From a virus: 64,000 nucleotides of DNA. Position 1 is the stretch's first letter, and each line of letters opens with the position of its first letter. A model generated the notes under the pieces. It was not told where the DNA came from. It made no database searches and saw only the letters and a list, made by a program, of their open reading frames with translations. Of the stretch, positions 1 to 9,336 are shown one piece after another. A program made the position numbers and the translations under genes. Location of the stretch: positions 64,001 through 128,000 of the IMG/VR virus record IMGVR_UViG_3300023202_000336. One strand, written 5' to 3'.

Positions 1-10
1 GTTTGCTGGT

Positions 11-1042
11 GTGAAGAAGCGCGCCAGCGAGCTCTCCGAAGAACTTCGTAAGATTGCCCGCGGCTATAAGCACAAGGGCAAGGATGGTGATTACGAAGGT
101 GATTACGAGGAGGGCAGCAAGGGAAAAAAGCATAATCCCGGCTACCACAAGAAGGGTTCTTCCGAGCTCAATCCGCTTCAGGAATTCCTGGTAAAATCCG
201 CGCGCGTCAGTGAAGACCCTCAGGTCAAGGCCGCTGCTGACGCTGTCGAAGACGATGCGGCCTTGGCTGGCGCTGCGAGTGACGCCATCATGCAGGGGAT
301 CGAGGCTGGCGAGATCGGTGACGAGGAAGCCGCTCAGATTCTCGAGGAGGCGGTCCAGGCTGGTGCCGTTTCTGAGGAAGAGCTCGCGGAGGCAGCTGAG
401 ATGGTTCAGGCTGCGACTGCTGAAGGGGGCGGCGAAATGGCCGGAGCGGGAGAAGCCGATCTTGGTGGTGCCGAGATGGCTGGCGGTGAGATGGCTGGCG
501 GCGCGATGGATTACGAAGCGCTTCCCGAGGAAAAGCTGGCGTTCGCCGAAGTCGGCCCTGAGAGCGAGCACTACGTCAAGAAGCTCGCCTCGCTTTATCC
601 TGACGAGATGAATGCGGGGTATGCGTTCGGCCTCAAGCTGGCGCAGGAGCTGTCCGAGCTCGCCGAAAAGGAAACTGGTGACGAGGGCGACTACGAAGAG
701 AAGGAGGAGAGGGAAGAGAAGGGCGACTACGAAGAAGGTAACGGTGAGGATGAGAACGGCGGAGAAGAGGCCCCTCCGGCTGACGCTGTTCCGCCCCCTG
801 CCGAGGCCGCCCCTCCTGCTGCTCCTGAAGAGGTTGCTCCGATAGGTGCCGAGGACTATGCTCCTCAGTCTCCCGAAGAGGAGCAGGCTCTCCAGGCCGT
901 CCAGGAGGAGCTGGGGCTCGATGATGCCGCGCTCGCGCAGATCATGGCCGCCCCGGTCCCCGGTGAACTCGACAAGGTCGCTTCTGCGAAGTCGAAGTAC
1001 CGGTCTCTCATCTTGAATAAGGTTGCAGCTAGCTGGCAGTAA
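11..1042 (+). CDS. Acidic low-complexity head protein, scaffold-like (5' probably truncated by window edge)
   Basis: E/A/G-rich 343 aa, frame open to window start, upstream of capsid genes, repeated K-x-A motifs. Confidence 0.55.
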   Translation: MKKRASELSEELRKIARGYKHKGKDGDYEGDYEEGSKGKKHNPGYHKKGSSELNPLQEFLVKSARVSEDPQVKAAADAVEDDAALAGAASDAIMQGIEAGEIGDEEAAQILEEAVQAGAVSEEELAEAAEMVQAATAEGGGEMAGAGEADLGGAEMAGGEMAGGAMDYEALPEEKLAFAEVGPESEHYVKKLASLYPDEMNAGYAFGLKLAQELSELAEKETGDEGDYEEKEEREEKGDYEEGNGEDENGGEEAPPADAVPPPAEAAPPAAPEEVAPIGAEDYAPQSPEEEQALQAVQEELGLDDAALAQIMAAPVPGELDKVASAKSKYRSLILNKVAASWQ

Positions 1043-1072
1043 CCGTAACCTGTAAGCCAAGGAATCACGAAG

Positions 1073-1513
1073 ATGCCTAACGAAGATATCATCAAGGAAG
1101 CGGCGGACCTGCTCGACCAGCTGGTCAAGCATGCCGAAGCCGCTGACAAGCACGCGGAGGAGGCAGAGTCCGAGGCCAAGCAGGCGAAGGAAGCTGCCGC
1201 CAACGCGTCGAAGGAGCATCAGAAGACTGCTGCTGCGGAGGAGGCCGAGATCGGCCAGCTCGCGAAGCAGGCGTCTGATGCCCTCATGAACGCGGGCCTG
1301 CTGGGGTCGCAGGAGAAGGCTGACGAGTTCGCCAGCCTGATCCGCGACCCGAAGGTTGCGCTCGCGAAAATGGCCCAGTTGACGCAGTACGTCAAAGCAC
1401 CGAAACTGGGAAGCGTGGTGGTTGAGGATAACAGCTCGGCTCCCGCAGAGCCCACCGCCGACGAGCGTTGGGACATGCACATGAAGCAGGCGGCTGCTCG
1501 GCTCGGTCTGTGA
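1073..1513 (+). CDS. Hypothetical coiled-coil head-assembly protein
   Basis: SD AAGGA upstream, Ala/Glu/Lys helical composition, position in head cluster. Confidence 0.6.
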   Translation: MPNEDIIKEAADLLDQLVKHAEAADKHAEEAESEAKQAKEAAANASKEHQKTAAAEEAEIGQLAKQASDALMNAGLLGSQEKADEFASLIRDPKVALAKMAQLTQYVKAPKLGSVVVEDNSSAPAEPTADERWDMHMKQAAARLGL

Positions 1514-1556
1514 CGCTCCAGCCGTTTTCACCAAGTCTCTCTAAGGAGTAACATCA

Positions 1557-2222
1557 ATGGTTCTTCAGACTTCTATGGGGCAGAACAAGCTGGACGTCCG
1601 TTTCGGCGACCGCAATACTCTGCCGTACTACGTCGGCATTCTTGACAGTGCGTTGCTGTCAGATGACGACATCGTCGCTGCGATCACTGCTGGTCGGGTG
1701 ATGTCGCTCACCACTGGTACTAAGCTCGTCCCGGGAATCCTCGTGGCGGCTGCTGCCGATGGGGGCAACTTCCCGTACTACGCGTGGTCCGGCCTCGATA
1801 AGAACAACTCGCCGGACGTCGAGCGTACCCGTGGTATGCATGGCTATCTCGACAAGCCGGCCGGTGGTGTTGGTGGACCGCAGAGCCCAGGGTTCTTCGG
1901 TATCCCGACCAGCTCTGAGCTCGTCGGTCCGTTCGGCACCATCCAGATGGACAACAGCCTCGAGCTTTCGTCTACCGCGTTCGACACGAGTGCTGGTGCG
2001 ACTTATGCTCCGGGCGACCCTCTGACCGCTGTTGCGGCCGATAGCGCTGAGAAGTCCAATCGTGGTCTTCTCCGTCCGGCCGAGGCCGCTACCGACGTGA
2101 TCGTCGGTCGTGTTGCCGCGGCTGCTCGGTTCACCGGTCCGGAAGGGTTCGACCATCTGGCCTTCCGTCCGGACTTCGTGGCCGGTACCACCGTCCCCGA
2201 CACTATCCTCGATAACGACTGA
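1557..2222 (+). CDS. Putative head decoration/cement protein
   Basis: SD AAGGAG; directly upstream of the major capsid gene; Gly/Ala beta-rich with TYAPGDPLTA-type motif. Confidence 0.5.
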   Translation: MVLQTSMGQNKLDVRFGDRNTLPYYVGILDSALLSDDDIVAAITAGRVMSLTTGTKLVPGILVAAAADGGNFPYYAWSGLDKNNSPDVERTRGMHGYLDKPAGGVGGPQSPGFFGIPTSSELVGPFGTIQMDNSLELSSTAFDTSAGATYAPGDPLTAVAADSAEKSNRGLLRPAEAATDVIVGRVAAAARFTGPEGFDHLAFRPDFVAGTTVPDTILDND

Positions 2223-2272
2223 TAGCGTCGGATAGCCCTGCTCACTACGAGTGTATACAAGGATTCAACACC

Positions 2273-3211
2273 ATGACTCAAGAGAAGCTTAGCGCGGCTC
2301 AGTCGAATAAGATCTTCTTCGGTCTGCTCGATAGTGGGCAGGTGAAAGAGGCACAGGATATGGTCTCGGACTTTACCCGAGTTCGTATCCGGGAGAGTTC
2401 CTTCTTCGAGAAGATTCTCCCCTCGGTCAAGATCGCTGACGACGAGCTGACGCCCCAGCTGGATAACGACAAGAATGTGAAGCTGGTGGAGCGCGAACCC
2501 GCGTCTCCGGCGGCCGTCACTATTCCGCTCGGTACCCAGCCGGTTCAGTACTACTTCCGCGGCGATCGGTTCCCGGTCTTTTTCGACCGGATCGTGACGA
2601 CCAAGTTCACCAAGGATATCTCCGAACTCCGTACCTACGGGATGGATATCCGACAGGTGATCTCGGATAACGCGGTCCTCGATATGGACTTCGAGTTCGA
2701 CCGCAAGATGATCGCTGCTGCGCAGTCGATCGTCGGCGCGGAAGGCTCGACCGTCCCCGAGACCGGGGTCATCCAGAACCGGAAGATCGTCGATCCGCTC
2801 GGCATCACCCGTAACTCGCTCTTCGAACTGCGGAAGATCCTCCCTGAGACTTTCGCTCACCTCGAGAGTGTGACGATTCTCGTGAATAACATCACTATTC
2901 ACGACGTTGCGAAGTTCGGGCGAGACGACCAGGGCGGCGACCTCTCGGAGACGATGTTCGTCGAGGGGTTCCAGCAGAAGCAGCTGCTGGGCGCCAACTG
3001 GATTGTGACAAACAAGACAGAGCTGATCGAGAACAGCACCTTCTGGTTGTTTGCCTCGCCCGAGTTTATCGGGAAGAGCTTTATCCTGGAGGACGTGACG
3101 CTCTTCCTTGATAAGAGGGCATTCAATCTGGAGTTCTTCGCTTACACTGAGCGTGGTGCTACCATCGGTAACGCTGCTGCGGTCGCGAAGGCTCGGATCG
3201 CTACTAGCTAA
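2273..3211 (+). CDS. Major capsid protein (HK97-type fold likely)
   Basis: 312 aa, strong C/G-ending codon bias, followed by a strong terminator, C-terminal FFAYTERGATIGN pattern typical of capsid P-domain ends. Confidence 0.75.
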   Translation: MTQEKLSAAQSNKIFFGLLDSGQVKEAQDMVSDFTRVRIRESSFFEKILPSVKIADDELTPQLDNDKNVKLVEREPASPAAVTIPLGTQPVQYYFRGDRFPVFFDRIVTTKFTKDISELRTYGMDIRQVISDNAVLDMDFEFDRKMIAAAQSIVGAEGSTVPETGVIQNRKIVDPLGITRNSLFELRKILPETFAHLESVTILVNNITIHDVAKFGRDDQGGDLSETMFVEGFQQKQLLGANWIVTNKTELIENSTFWLFASPEFIGKSFILEDVTLFLDKRAFNLEFFAYTERGATIGNAAAVAKARIATS

Positions 3212-3236
3212 CTCCAGTTACGCTAGTTACTTACGA

Positions 3237-3272
3237 GAATCCCCCGGCCTGGAAGGGCTGGGGGATTCTTTT
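3237..3272 (+). terminator. Rho-independent terminator after capsid gene
   Basis: GAATCCCCCGGCC...GGCTGGGGGATTC stem followed by TTTT. Confidence 0.8.
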
Positions 3273-3437
3273 GTACGTCGGCCTGGCGTTTCGAACTGAT
3301 GAGTGGAAACCGAGGCCCGACCAGCCCACCTACGCACCTGGCGCTCTACTACACCTGTCGCTCTACCCGATATCGCTGCTATTACGATGGCTGGATAAAC
3401 CGTTGCAAAGTTTACTTAAAAGCTACTTTGAAAGTTT

Positions 3438-4457
3438 ATGCGAAGCAGAATAACGGATGAGGTCGCGAGAAAGGCTTATGAGTTCTACAAGCAGGGGCAC
3501 TCGCTTGTGGAAGTTGCTAAGAAGTATGAGTTTACCGCGTCTGGTCTCTCGGTTGCATTCTCCAAGCGTAAATGGCCTACACGTCCACGTGGACCCATCC
3601 CTGAGCGTGGAAGGCACCTCACTGCTTCAGACAAGGAAATTATCCTGAAAGCTTACTCTGAAGGGAATACAACTATTCGTTCACTCGCTAAGTCTTATGA
3701 GGTATCTGAAGGAGTGATTCGAAACCTGCTAAAGTCCTTCAATGTTCAAACGAGAAGAGATTGGTCGCGTCGTCGACAAGAGGACGGCAGCATCGTTTGC
3801 ATAGATTGTAGTGTACCAATAACAACTCAAAACGCCCAGAAGGATAAGTATCGTAAATCAGGATTGATCAGTCGTTGCCGAATTTGTCAGCGGAGACATA
3901 TCAGGTATAAGAAATATAAGCTGACGTATGACCAGCTCTTAAGACGTTTAAAGATACAGGGATATAAATGTCCGATCTGTGAAGGACATCTCGAGGAATC
4001 ACTTTTAAAGGTAGATCATTGTCACCGTCGAAAGGTAGTGCGAGGATTACTATGTAACGATTGTAACGTTGCTCTCGGGTATGTCTGCGACAATGCAGAA
4101 ACGCTCGTTCGAATGGCAGATTATCTTGCTACGGCTGATACTGGTTCCGTTGCTACTCGTACTGGCGTCTATAGCTGCGGTTCGACCGATAACGAGAAAC
4201 ATCGTTATGCAGTTTATGGGATTACAGCGGAGCGCTTCAATGAGCTGAAGGAAGCTCAAAATAACGTATGCGCCTGTTGTCAACATTTTCGGACGACTCA
4301 GCGAGCACCCGATCTAGTGATAGAGCATTGTCACATCTCCGGCCGGATCCGCGGCCTCACATGTCAGTATTGTAACCGAGCTATCCAGCACTTTAAAGAC
4401 CTTGCAAATCGATGTCTTCGCGCCGCTGATTACCTTCAGCAAGCGCAGGAGGGATAA
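3438..4457 (+). CDS. HTH plus tandem endonuclease VII-like domains (homing endonuclease-like)
   Basis: CPIC..VDHCH..RGLLCNDCN and CACC..IEHCH..RGLTCQYCN motifs; N-terminal HTH-like segments; AT-richer than neighbours. Confidence 0.8.
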   Translation: MRSRITDEVARKAYEFYKQGHSLVEVAKKYEFTASGLSVAFSKRKWPTRPRGPIPERGRHLTASDKEIILKAYSEGNTTIRSLAKSYEVSEGVIRNLLKSFNVQTRRDWSRRRQEDGSIVCIDCSVPITTQNAQKDKYRKSGLISRCRICQRRHIRYKKYKLTYDQLLRRLKIQGYKCPICEGHLEESLLKVDHCHRRKVVRGLLCNDCNVALGYVCDNAETLVRMADYLATADTGSVATRTGVYSCGSTDNEKHRYAVYGITAERFNELKEAQNNVCACCQHFRTTQRAPDLVIEHCHISGRIRGLTCQYCNRAIQHFKDLANRCLRAADYLQQAQEG

Positions 4458-4458
4458 A

Positions 4459-5463
4459 ATGCCGAGGCTTACTCACGAGCAGACCGCGGACGTGATAGCT
4501 CAATACGAAGATGGTATGACGATGCGAGCGATAGCTGAAAAGTTTAGTATTACTAAAATGGCGGTGAGTAAGCTGCTCCGAAGGAATGCGGTTGCTACAC
4601 GGCCAGTTGGACGCCCTAGTACTTTGAAGGCTGCACTTTCAGCAGCACCAGTGGGGTTGAGCCCGTCATATCTTCCTCCTGTTATAGGCGTCTTCCACAA
4701 TCTTGCGATCGTATCGGTCAATCCTCGAGAGTGGAATATTCACACGATAATGGGCCGGTTTGATCAGACGCATGCGCAGGCGGCCCAGTGGATGCTACAT
4801 CTTCAGAGACATCTGGTACTCTCAGGCTATAAGTATCTTATATTATGGGAAGATGAGGTGCATTCTCCGCCAGTAACCAATATGGTTAGGCACAAAGCTC
4901 GAAAGCAGACTCGAAAAGTTTATGCGCGAAAATGCAGTATCGTCGAAGTCGATCGTTCAACATCGAACGAGTTCTATCGGAAACACCATATACAAGGCAC
5001 CTGTACGGGCACCGTCCACTACGGTCTCGAAAACGAAAATGAGCTCGTCGCATGTATGAGCTTTAATCAAGGCTCTGCCTGTCGAGGTAAACGAGAAGAT
5101 CATTTGCTTCAGCGATATGCGACTGCATGCCAGGTGACGGGCGGAGCCTCGAAATTATTGGCCGCGTTTCGTTCGGATCATTCAGGTCCTATTGTGAGCT
5201 ATTCAGACGAACGATATGCTGCTGGCGGGAATCTTTACCAGATACTTGGCTTTTCCCAGGTACACGTTCATAAGCCGGATTACAGGTACTGGCGAGACGG
5301 AACTTGGTATCCGAAGAATGCGAAACAGAGGCGTCACCTTTATGCAGAAGCAGCTGATCGTGGTGCCCCTTTTCCAGAGGGGAGCAAAGAGTTCAATATG
5401 GCTGAGGCATTAGGTTATCTTCGCTGCTACGACATGGGAAAGATTACCTGGAGGCTTGAGTAG
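4459..5463 (+). CDS. HTH plus Hef-like homing-endonuclease-associated protein with Mom/GNAT-like C-terminal domain
   Basis: ATG at 4459 after SD; ILWEDE remnant, FYRKHHIQG, GGASKLL and SYSDERY..GNLYQILGF motifs. Confidence 0.6.
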   Translation: MPRLTHEQTADVIAQYEDGMTMRAIAEKFSITKMAVSKLLRRNAVATRPVGRPSTLKAALSAAPVGLSPSYLPPVIGVFHNLAIVSVNPREWNIHTIMGRFDQTHAQAAQWMLHLQRHLVLSGYKYLILWEDEVHSPPVTNMVRHKARKQTRKVYARKCSIVEVDRSTSNEFYRKHHIQGTCTGTVHYGLENENELVACMSFNQGSACRGKREDHLLQRYATACQVTGGASKLLAAFRSDHSGPIVSYSDERYAAGGNLYQILGFSQVHVHKPDYRYWRDGTWYPKNAKQRRHLYAEAADRGAPFPEGSKEFNMAEALGYLRCYDMGKITWRLE

Positions 5464-5536
5464 CTGTTCTTCTCAGCTCGAGCACCCTCTTGACAACTCT
5501 CCCTACGAGACATAGTAACCGCCGAAGGAGCCCACT

Positions 5537-6289
5537 ATGTCGAAGAAGACAGCGAAGAAGTCTTCGAAAAAGAAGAAGCCAGTAAAGAAGACTGCAAAGA
5601 AGGTAGCAAATAAGAAGACCGCGAAGAAGACCGCGAAGAAGACCGCGAAGAAGACCGCGAAGAAGACCGCGAAGAAGACTGCGAAGAAGGCGGTAAAGAG
5701 AAGCGTAGCTAAACCTACTTACGAGAACCCACCGAATTCCTGGTCAGAAGCTGCAGCGCATATTTTGAGTCAGATAGAGGGGGTCCATTTTACGCCTGAC
5801 GAACTCTATAGAGCATTTATGCAAAACACTCGGAAGGAGGTAACTATACGCTCTCCCTCAGGACCTCAGCACAGTATCGTTACGGCTTCACCCACTCCTG
5901 AGATGGAAGAGCAGCGGCTTCGTCGACGGTTGAGCAGTCTGAAGCAGAATCTCTCTCGTTACAGCAGAAAGCCTCAGATGCTCGCGAAGGAACTCGATGA
6001 TATTCTCTCTGGCGAGCTCGATCGTAATAAGAAAAAGGACCCGTTTGTAGAGAAGTGTGAGAAGTTCGTTGCGAGGGTACATAATGTCGTACACAACCTT
6101 CCGAGGTACCTTCGTTGGTGCGGCGACTCGTTGGCGGTTGAGCTGAGGAGTCTTGCAGACGAGGCTGAAGATATCGATAAGCAATGTAAGAAGGGAAAGT
6201 ATATCCCCGAAGAGTTGATTTCTATGAAACAACTTACCGAGATCGAGATACTCGGAGGTGATATTCATCGTGGTAAGGGGCCGGAATGA
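5537..6289 (+). CDS. Basic protein with histone H1-like KKTA-repeat N-terminus
   Basis: SD AAGGAG; KKTAKKTA.. repeats. Confidence 0.7.
   Translation: MSKKTAKKSSKKKKPVKKTAKKVANKKTAKKTAKKTAKKTAKKTAKKTAKKAVKRSVAKPTYENPPNSWSEAAAHILSQIEGVHFTPDELYRAFMQNTRKEVTIRSPSGPQHSIVTASPTPEMEEQRLRRRLSSLKQNLSRYSRKPQMLAKELDDILSGELDRNKKKDPFVEKCEKFVARVHNVVHNLPRYLRWCGDSLAVELRSLADEAEDIDKQCKKGKYIPEELISMKQLTEIEILGGDIHRGKGPE
5612..5683 (+). repeat. 12-bp tandem repeat x6 (AAGAAGACCGCG) coding KKTA
   Basis: Read directly. Confidence 0.95.
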
Positions 6290-6332
6290 AAACTGGCGGT
6301 AGCTTCTATTCATGTAGAGCGAGTACGACTCA

Positions 6333-8246
6333 ATGAGTCAGAAACTTATTGAAGCACGAGAGGCACTTGATCGGGGCGACTACGAAAGGGCGTGGTCGCT
6401 CTTCGATGCATTGATTGCTTACGGCGAAGAGGTCGAGAACGCACACATCGGGAAGGTTGCGATCTTCGTTAGGCGTGAGCAATTTCGAGAAGCAGCGGAG
6501 TATATAGAGAAGTGCGGTATTAATGCCGTTGAGATGTTGATTAACCTTTCTGCCTGTTATCGACACCTTAAAGAAGAAGAGAAAGAGATAGAGGTACTCA
6601 AGCGTATCGCTCGGACAGGGCAGAAGCGTTACGACGAGCCGTATCGTCTTCTCGCGCAGAAAGCGAAGGACCGTGAGGACTGGGAGTCTGCTTACGAAGC
6701 ACTCGTCCCGTTGTTCCACATGGAACCTGAGGACTTTTCGATTTGCTATTCGCTTGCGGAGGCATGTAAGAAGTTGGATCTTCGTAAGCAGGCTATCACG
6801 TATTTTGTACGTGCGATCGAGCTTGCAGACGGCGATGAGAAGACGGCTGGCTCGCTTCGAATGCTGATCGGAAGCCTCTATAAAGATTGTGCACAGCAGG
6901 AGAGCGCCGTCTGGAACTATCAGGAAGCCTACCGTCTTCTGGGTACATCAGATCCATGCTCGAACCTGATCGTACTTCTGCAGTATTTCCATCAGGCGAC
7001 GCTTCGCGACTTCTATGCGCAAAGCGTCGACTATAACTTACGCTTCATTCGCTCCCTCCCGAAGTACACGTATTCTCTCGAGCGGTTGGATCCGAAGAAA
7101 GAGAAGCTGACGATCGGATTCATGAGTGGCGACTTTCTCGCTCATTCGCTTGCGCATTTGATTCTCGAGGTTTTCAAGCAGTTTAGAGAGGTCGCACCGC
7201 AGCACACTTACATTTGTTATATGGAGCGCCCTGCGGAGAAAGAAGATCGTGTTTCAGAGATCTTCAAGAGATCGGTCGATGAATGGAAGTGTACCAGCGA
7301 TCTCTCCGATAAAGATGCTGCGGAAATGATTCATAATGACGGGGTCGACGTACTCATCGATCTCGCCGGTCATACCGCATGTAATCGTCTCAAAGTATTC
7401 GGACACAAGCCAGCACCTGTTCAGATGAGTTGGATTAGTGGGATGATGACACCGCCGGCGATCGAGACGATCAATTACTTCTTCACCGATAAATGGATGC
7501 TTCCGCCGAATGCAGCCGAGATCTGCCCTGAGCGACTTATACAGTTGCCTTCTGCATTTACTTACTTCCCGCTCGCGAACATTGAAGCGACCGAAAAACT
7601 GCCGAGTGAGAAGGACGGAATTATAAACTTTGGGTCGTTTAATAACCCGTGTAAGATCAGTACGACCGTACTCGAGACATGGGCCGACTGCCTCAAGGCG
7701 GTGCCGAACTCACGGATGCACATCAAGATCTATTCGAAGTCGACCGAGCGTAACTTCCGTAAGGTCTTCGAACGAAAAGGTATTGCGAAGGATCGACTCG
7801 TTTTCGTCTATCAGCTCCCGTCGGTCCCTGACGTACTGCAGTACTACACTCAGAATATCGATATCATACTCGATACTTGGCCCTGCGCCGGAATGCTTAC
7901 CTCGACGGAGGCGCTCTGGATGGGGGTCCCGATCATCACGCTGGTCGGGGATACGTTCCTCCACCGGCAGACGTGGTCGGTACTCAATCAGCTCGGGCTG
8001 GAGAATCTCGGCGCTGAGACGGAGGAAGAGTTCGTCGAGAAGGCGAAGTCGTTAGCTACCGATAGGAAGCGACTTACGGCGATGAGAGGTGGTCTCAGGG
8101 CTCGTTTTGAAGGTGCCCCCATGCGAGACGCGAGGCTTATAAGCTCAGCTATAGTAAAAGGTTGCGAGGCGGCCTGGATCGACTGGTGCGAGTCGAGAGC
8201 GCCTCTGAAGCATTTGGAACGGCGTCTGGAGCCTGTGACCACGTAA
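6333..8246 (+). CDS. TPR-containing O-GlcNAc transferase/SPINDLY-family glycosyltransferase (GT41)
   Basis: N-terminal TPR-like helices; DVLIDLAGHT, KPAPVQMSW, FGSFNNPCKI, DIILDTWP and EALWMGVPIITL motifs. Confidence 0.9.
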   Translation: MSQKLIEAREALDRGDYERAWSLFDALIAYGEEVENAHIGKVAIFVRREQFREAAEYIEKCGINAVEMLINLSACYRHLKEEEKEIEVLKRIARTGQKRYDEPYRLLAQKAKDREDWESAYEALVPLFHMEPEDFSICYSLAEACKKLDLRKQAITYFVRAIELADGDEKTAGSLRMLIGSLYKDCAQQESAVWNYQEAYRLLGTSDPCSNLIVLLQYFHQATLRDFYAQSVDYNLRFIRSLPKYTYSLERLDPKKEKLTIGFMSGDFLAHSLAHLILEVFKQFREVAPQHTYICYMERPAEKEDRVSEIFKRSVDEWKCTSDLSDKDAAEMIHNDGVDVLIDLAGHTACNRLKVFGHKPAPVQMSWISGMMTPPAIETINYFFTDKWMLPPNAAEICPERLIQLPSAFTYFPLANIEATEKLPSEKDGIINFGSFNNPCKISTTVLETWADCLKAVPNSRMHIKIYSKSTERNFRKVFERKGIAKDRLVFVYQLPSVPDVLQYYTQNIDIILDTWPCAGMLTSTEALWMGVPIITLVGDTFLHRQTWSVLNQLGLENLGAETEEEFVEKAKSLATDRKRLTAMRGGLRARFEGAPMRDARLISSAIVKGCEAAWIDWCESRAPLKHLERRLEPVTT

Positions 8247-8311
8247 GTGCTCGTAATAAGGTAAACAACCACTTATTATCAATACCCGTACATCTACTAG
8301 GAGTACGGACG

Positions 8312-8833
8312 ATGGCTCAGACGCCTCTCGGACATTTCCAGCGGACCCAGAACGGGCGCTTCTTGTACGGCCGCTGCAACAACTACCGCCTCAAGTCGGC
8401 GTTGGCCTCAATGCCGAACCCGAATCTCGACCTCGGGAGCACCGATCTCGATTCTGGTGCTTCTCCGCTTACGGTGAGCCACGACGTGGCTGCCGGCGTC
8501 GGTCAGACTTCGATCGTTGCTGATCAGCGTGAGAACTGGCCTTCGAGCGGCTCCGTGAATGGGGCTGGCACGTCCCAGGTCCTGACCCAGGGTGGGATCG
8601 CTGCACGGACCGAAGGCTTCCCGCGGGTGGATAACAACGGCGTTTCGTCGATCTCTGAGACCCAGGACTGGATCTACGATGATGGCGATCCGGCCGATAC
8701 CGGGGTCGGGTTCGGCTCGAACACCTCTCATGACTACACTTCCGCTGGGACCTTCCGGCCAGACCTGTCCTGCAAGGACGGCCTCGGGCGTGAGTCGCTT
8801 CAGGAAGAGGTCGAAGAGATCGTCGTTACCTGA
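8312..8833 (+). CDS. Hypothetical virion protein
   Basis: SD AGGAG, ATG at 8312, Gly/Ser/Thr/Asp-rich. Confidence 0.6.
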   Translation: MAQTPLGHFQRTQNGRFLYGRCNNYRLKSALASMPNPNLDLGSTDLDSGASPLTVSHDVAAGVGQTSIVADQRENWPSSGSVNGAGTSQVLTQGGIAARTEGFPRVDNNGVSSISETQDWIYDDGDPADTGVGFGSNTSHDYTSAGTFRPDLSCKDGLGRESLQEEVEEIVVT

Positions 8834-8913
8834 CGTAACCCGACAACATTACTAATCTTTACACTTGTAAAACGCAAGCTGCCGATTAACGTCCCGGCAT
8901 CAACGGAGATATT

Positions 8914-9237
8914 ATGTTCGGTGATGTCGATACTTCGAAGCCGCACACTATCGTCCGAGTGCACCATACGACTCGGATGATGGGGTTGCGTCGCATCGTT
9001 CTTACGCCCGGTGAATATCTCATCCAGGGTGATGCGCGGCGTTACATCTCGAAGACTTCTGATCGTCAGAAGATGCAAGCTGGTATCCTCGACGTCGAGT
9101 ATTGCACCGGCGTCGATGCAGCGCCGCTGATCGAGGACTCCGGTCCGCTAGTGGACGATCCGATCGAGGAGGCCGATGAAACTGTGAATGCGCAGTCACA
9201 GTTCGATACGGCCGATCGGGAGGTCCGCGGTTCGTAG
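8914..9237 (+). CDS. Hypothetical protein (possibly the 5' part of a gene continuing past TAG to 9714)
   Basis: SD GGAG; same frame as 9337..9714, separated by one TAG. Confidence 0.6.
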   Translation: MFGDVDTSKPHTIVRVHHTTRMMGLRRIVLTPGEYLIQGDARRYISKTSDRQKMQAGILDVEYCTGVDAAPLIEDSGPLVDDPIEEADETVNAQSQFDTADREVRGS

Positions 9238-9336
9238 GAGAAGCATCCGTACGATACCTCTTCGATCCCTTCGGATTCTGAGAACGCCGTCGAGACCTTC
9301 TATCACGAGCTTCCGACGGGGGCCTGCTTCCTCTAT

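Noticed and set aside
3277-3322. Hammerhead-like words CTGATGA and GAAAC inside a GTCGG..CCGAC-closed hairpin after the capsid terminator
   Set aside because: Only 3 nt lie between CTGATGA and GAAAC and 5 nt between a possible GUH and the core, so stems I and II cannot form; not a viable ribozyme as written.
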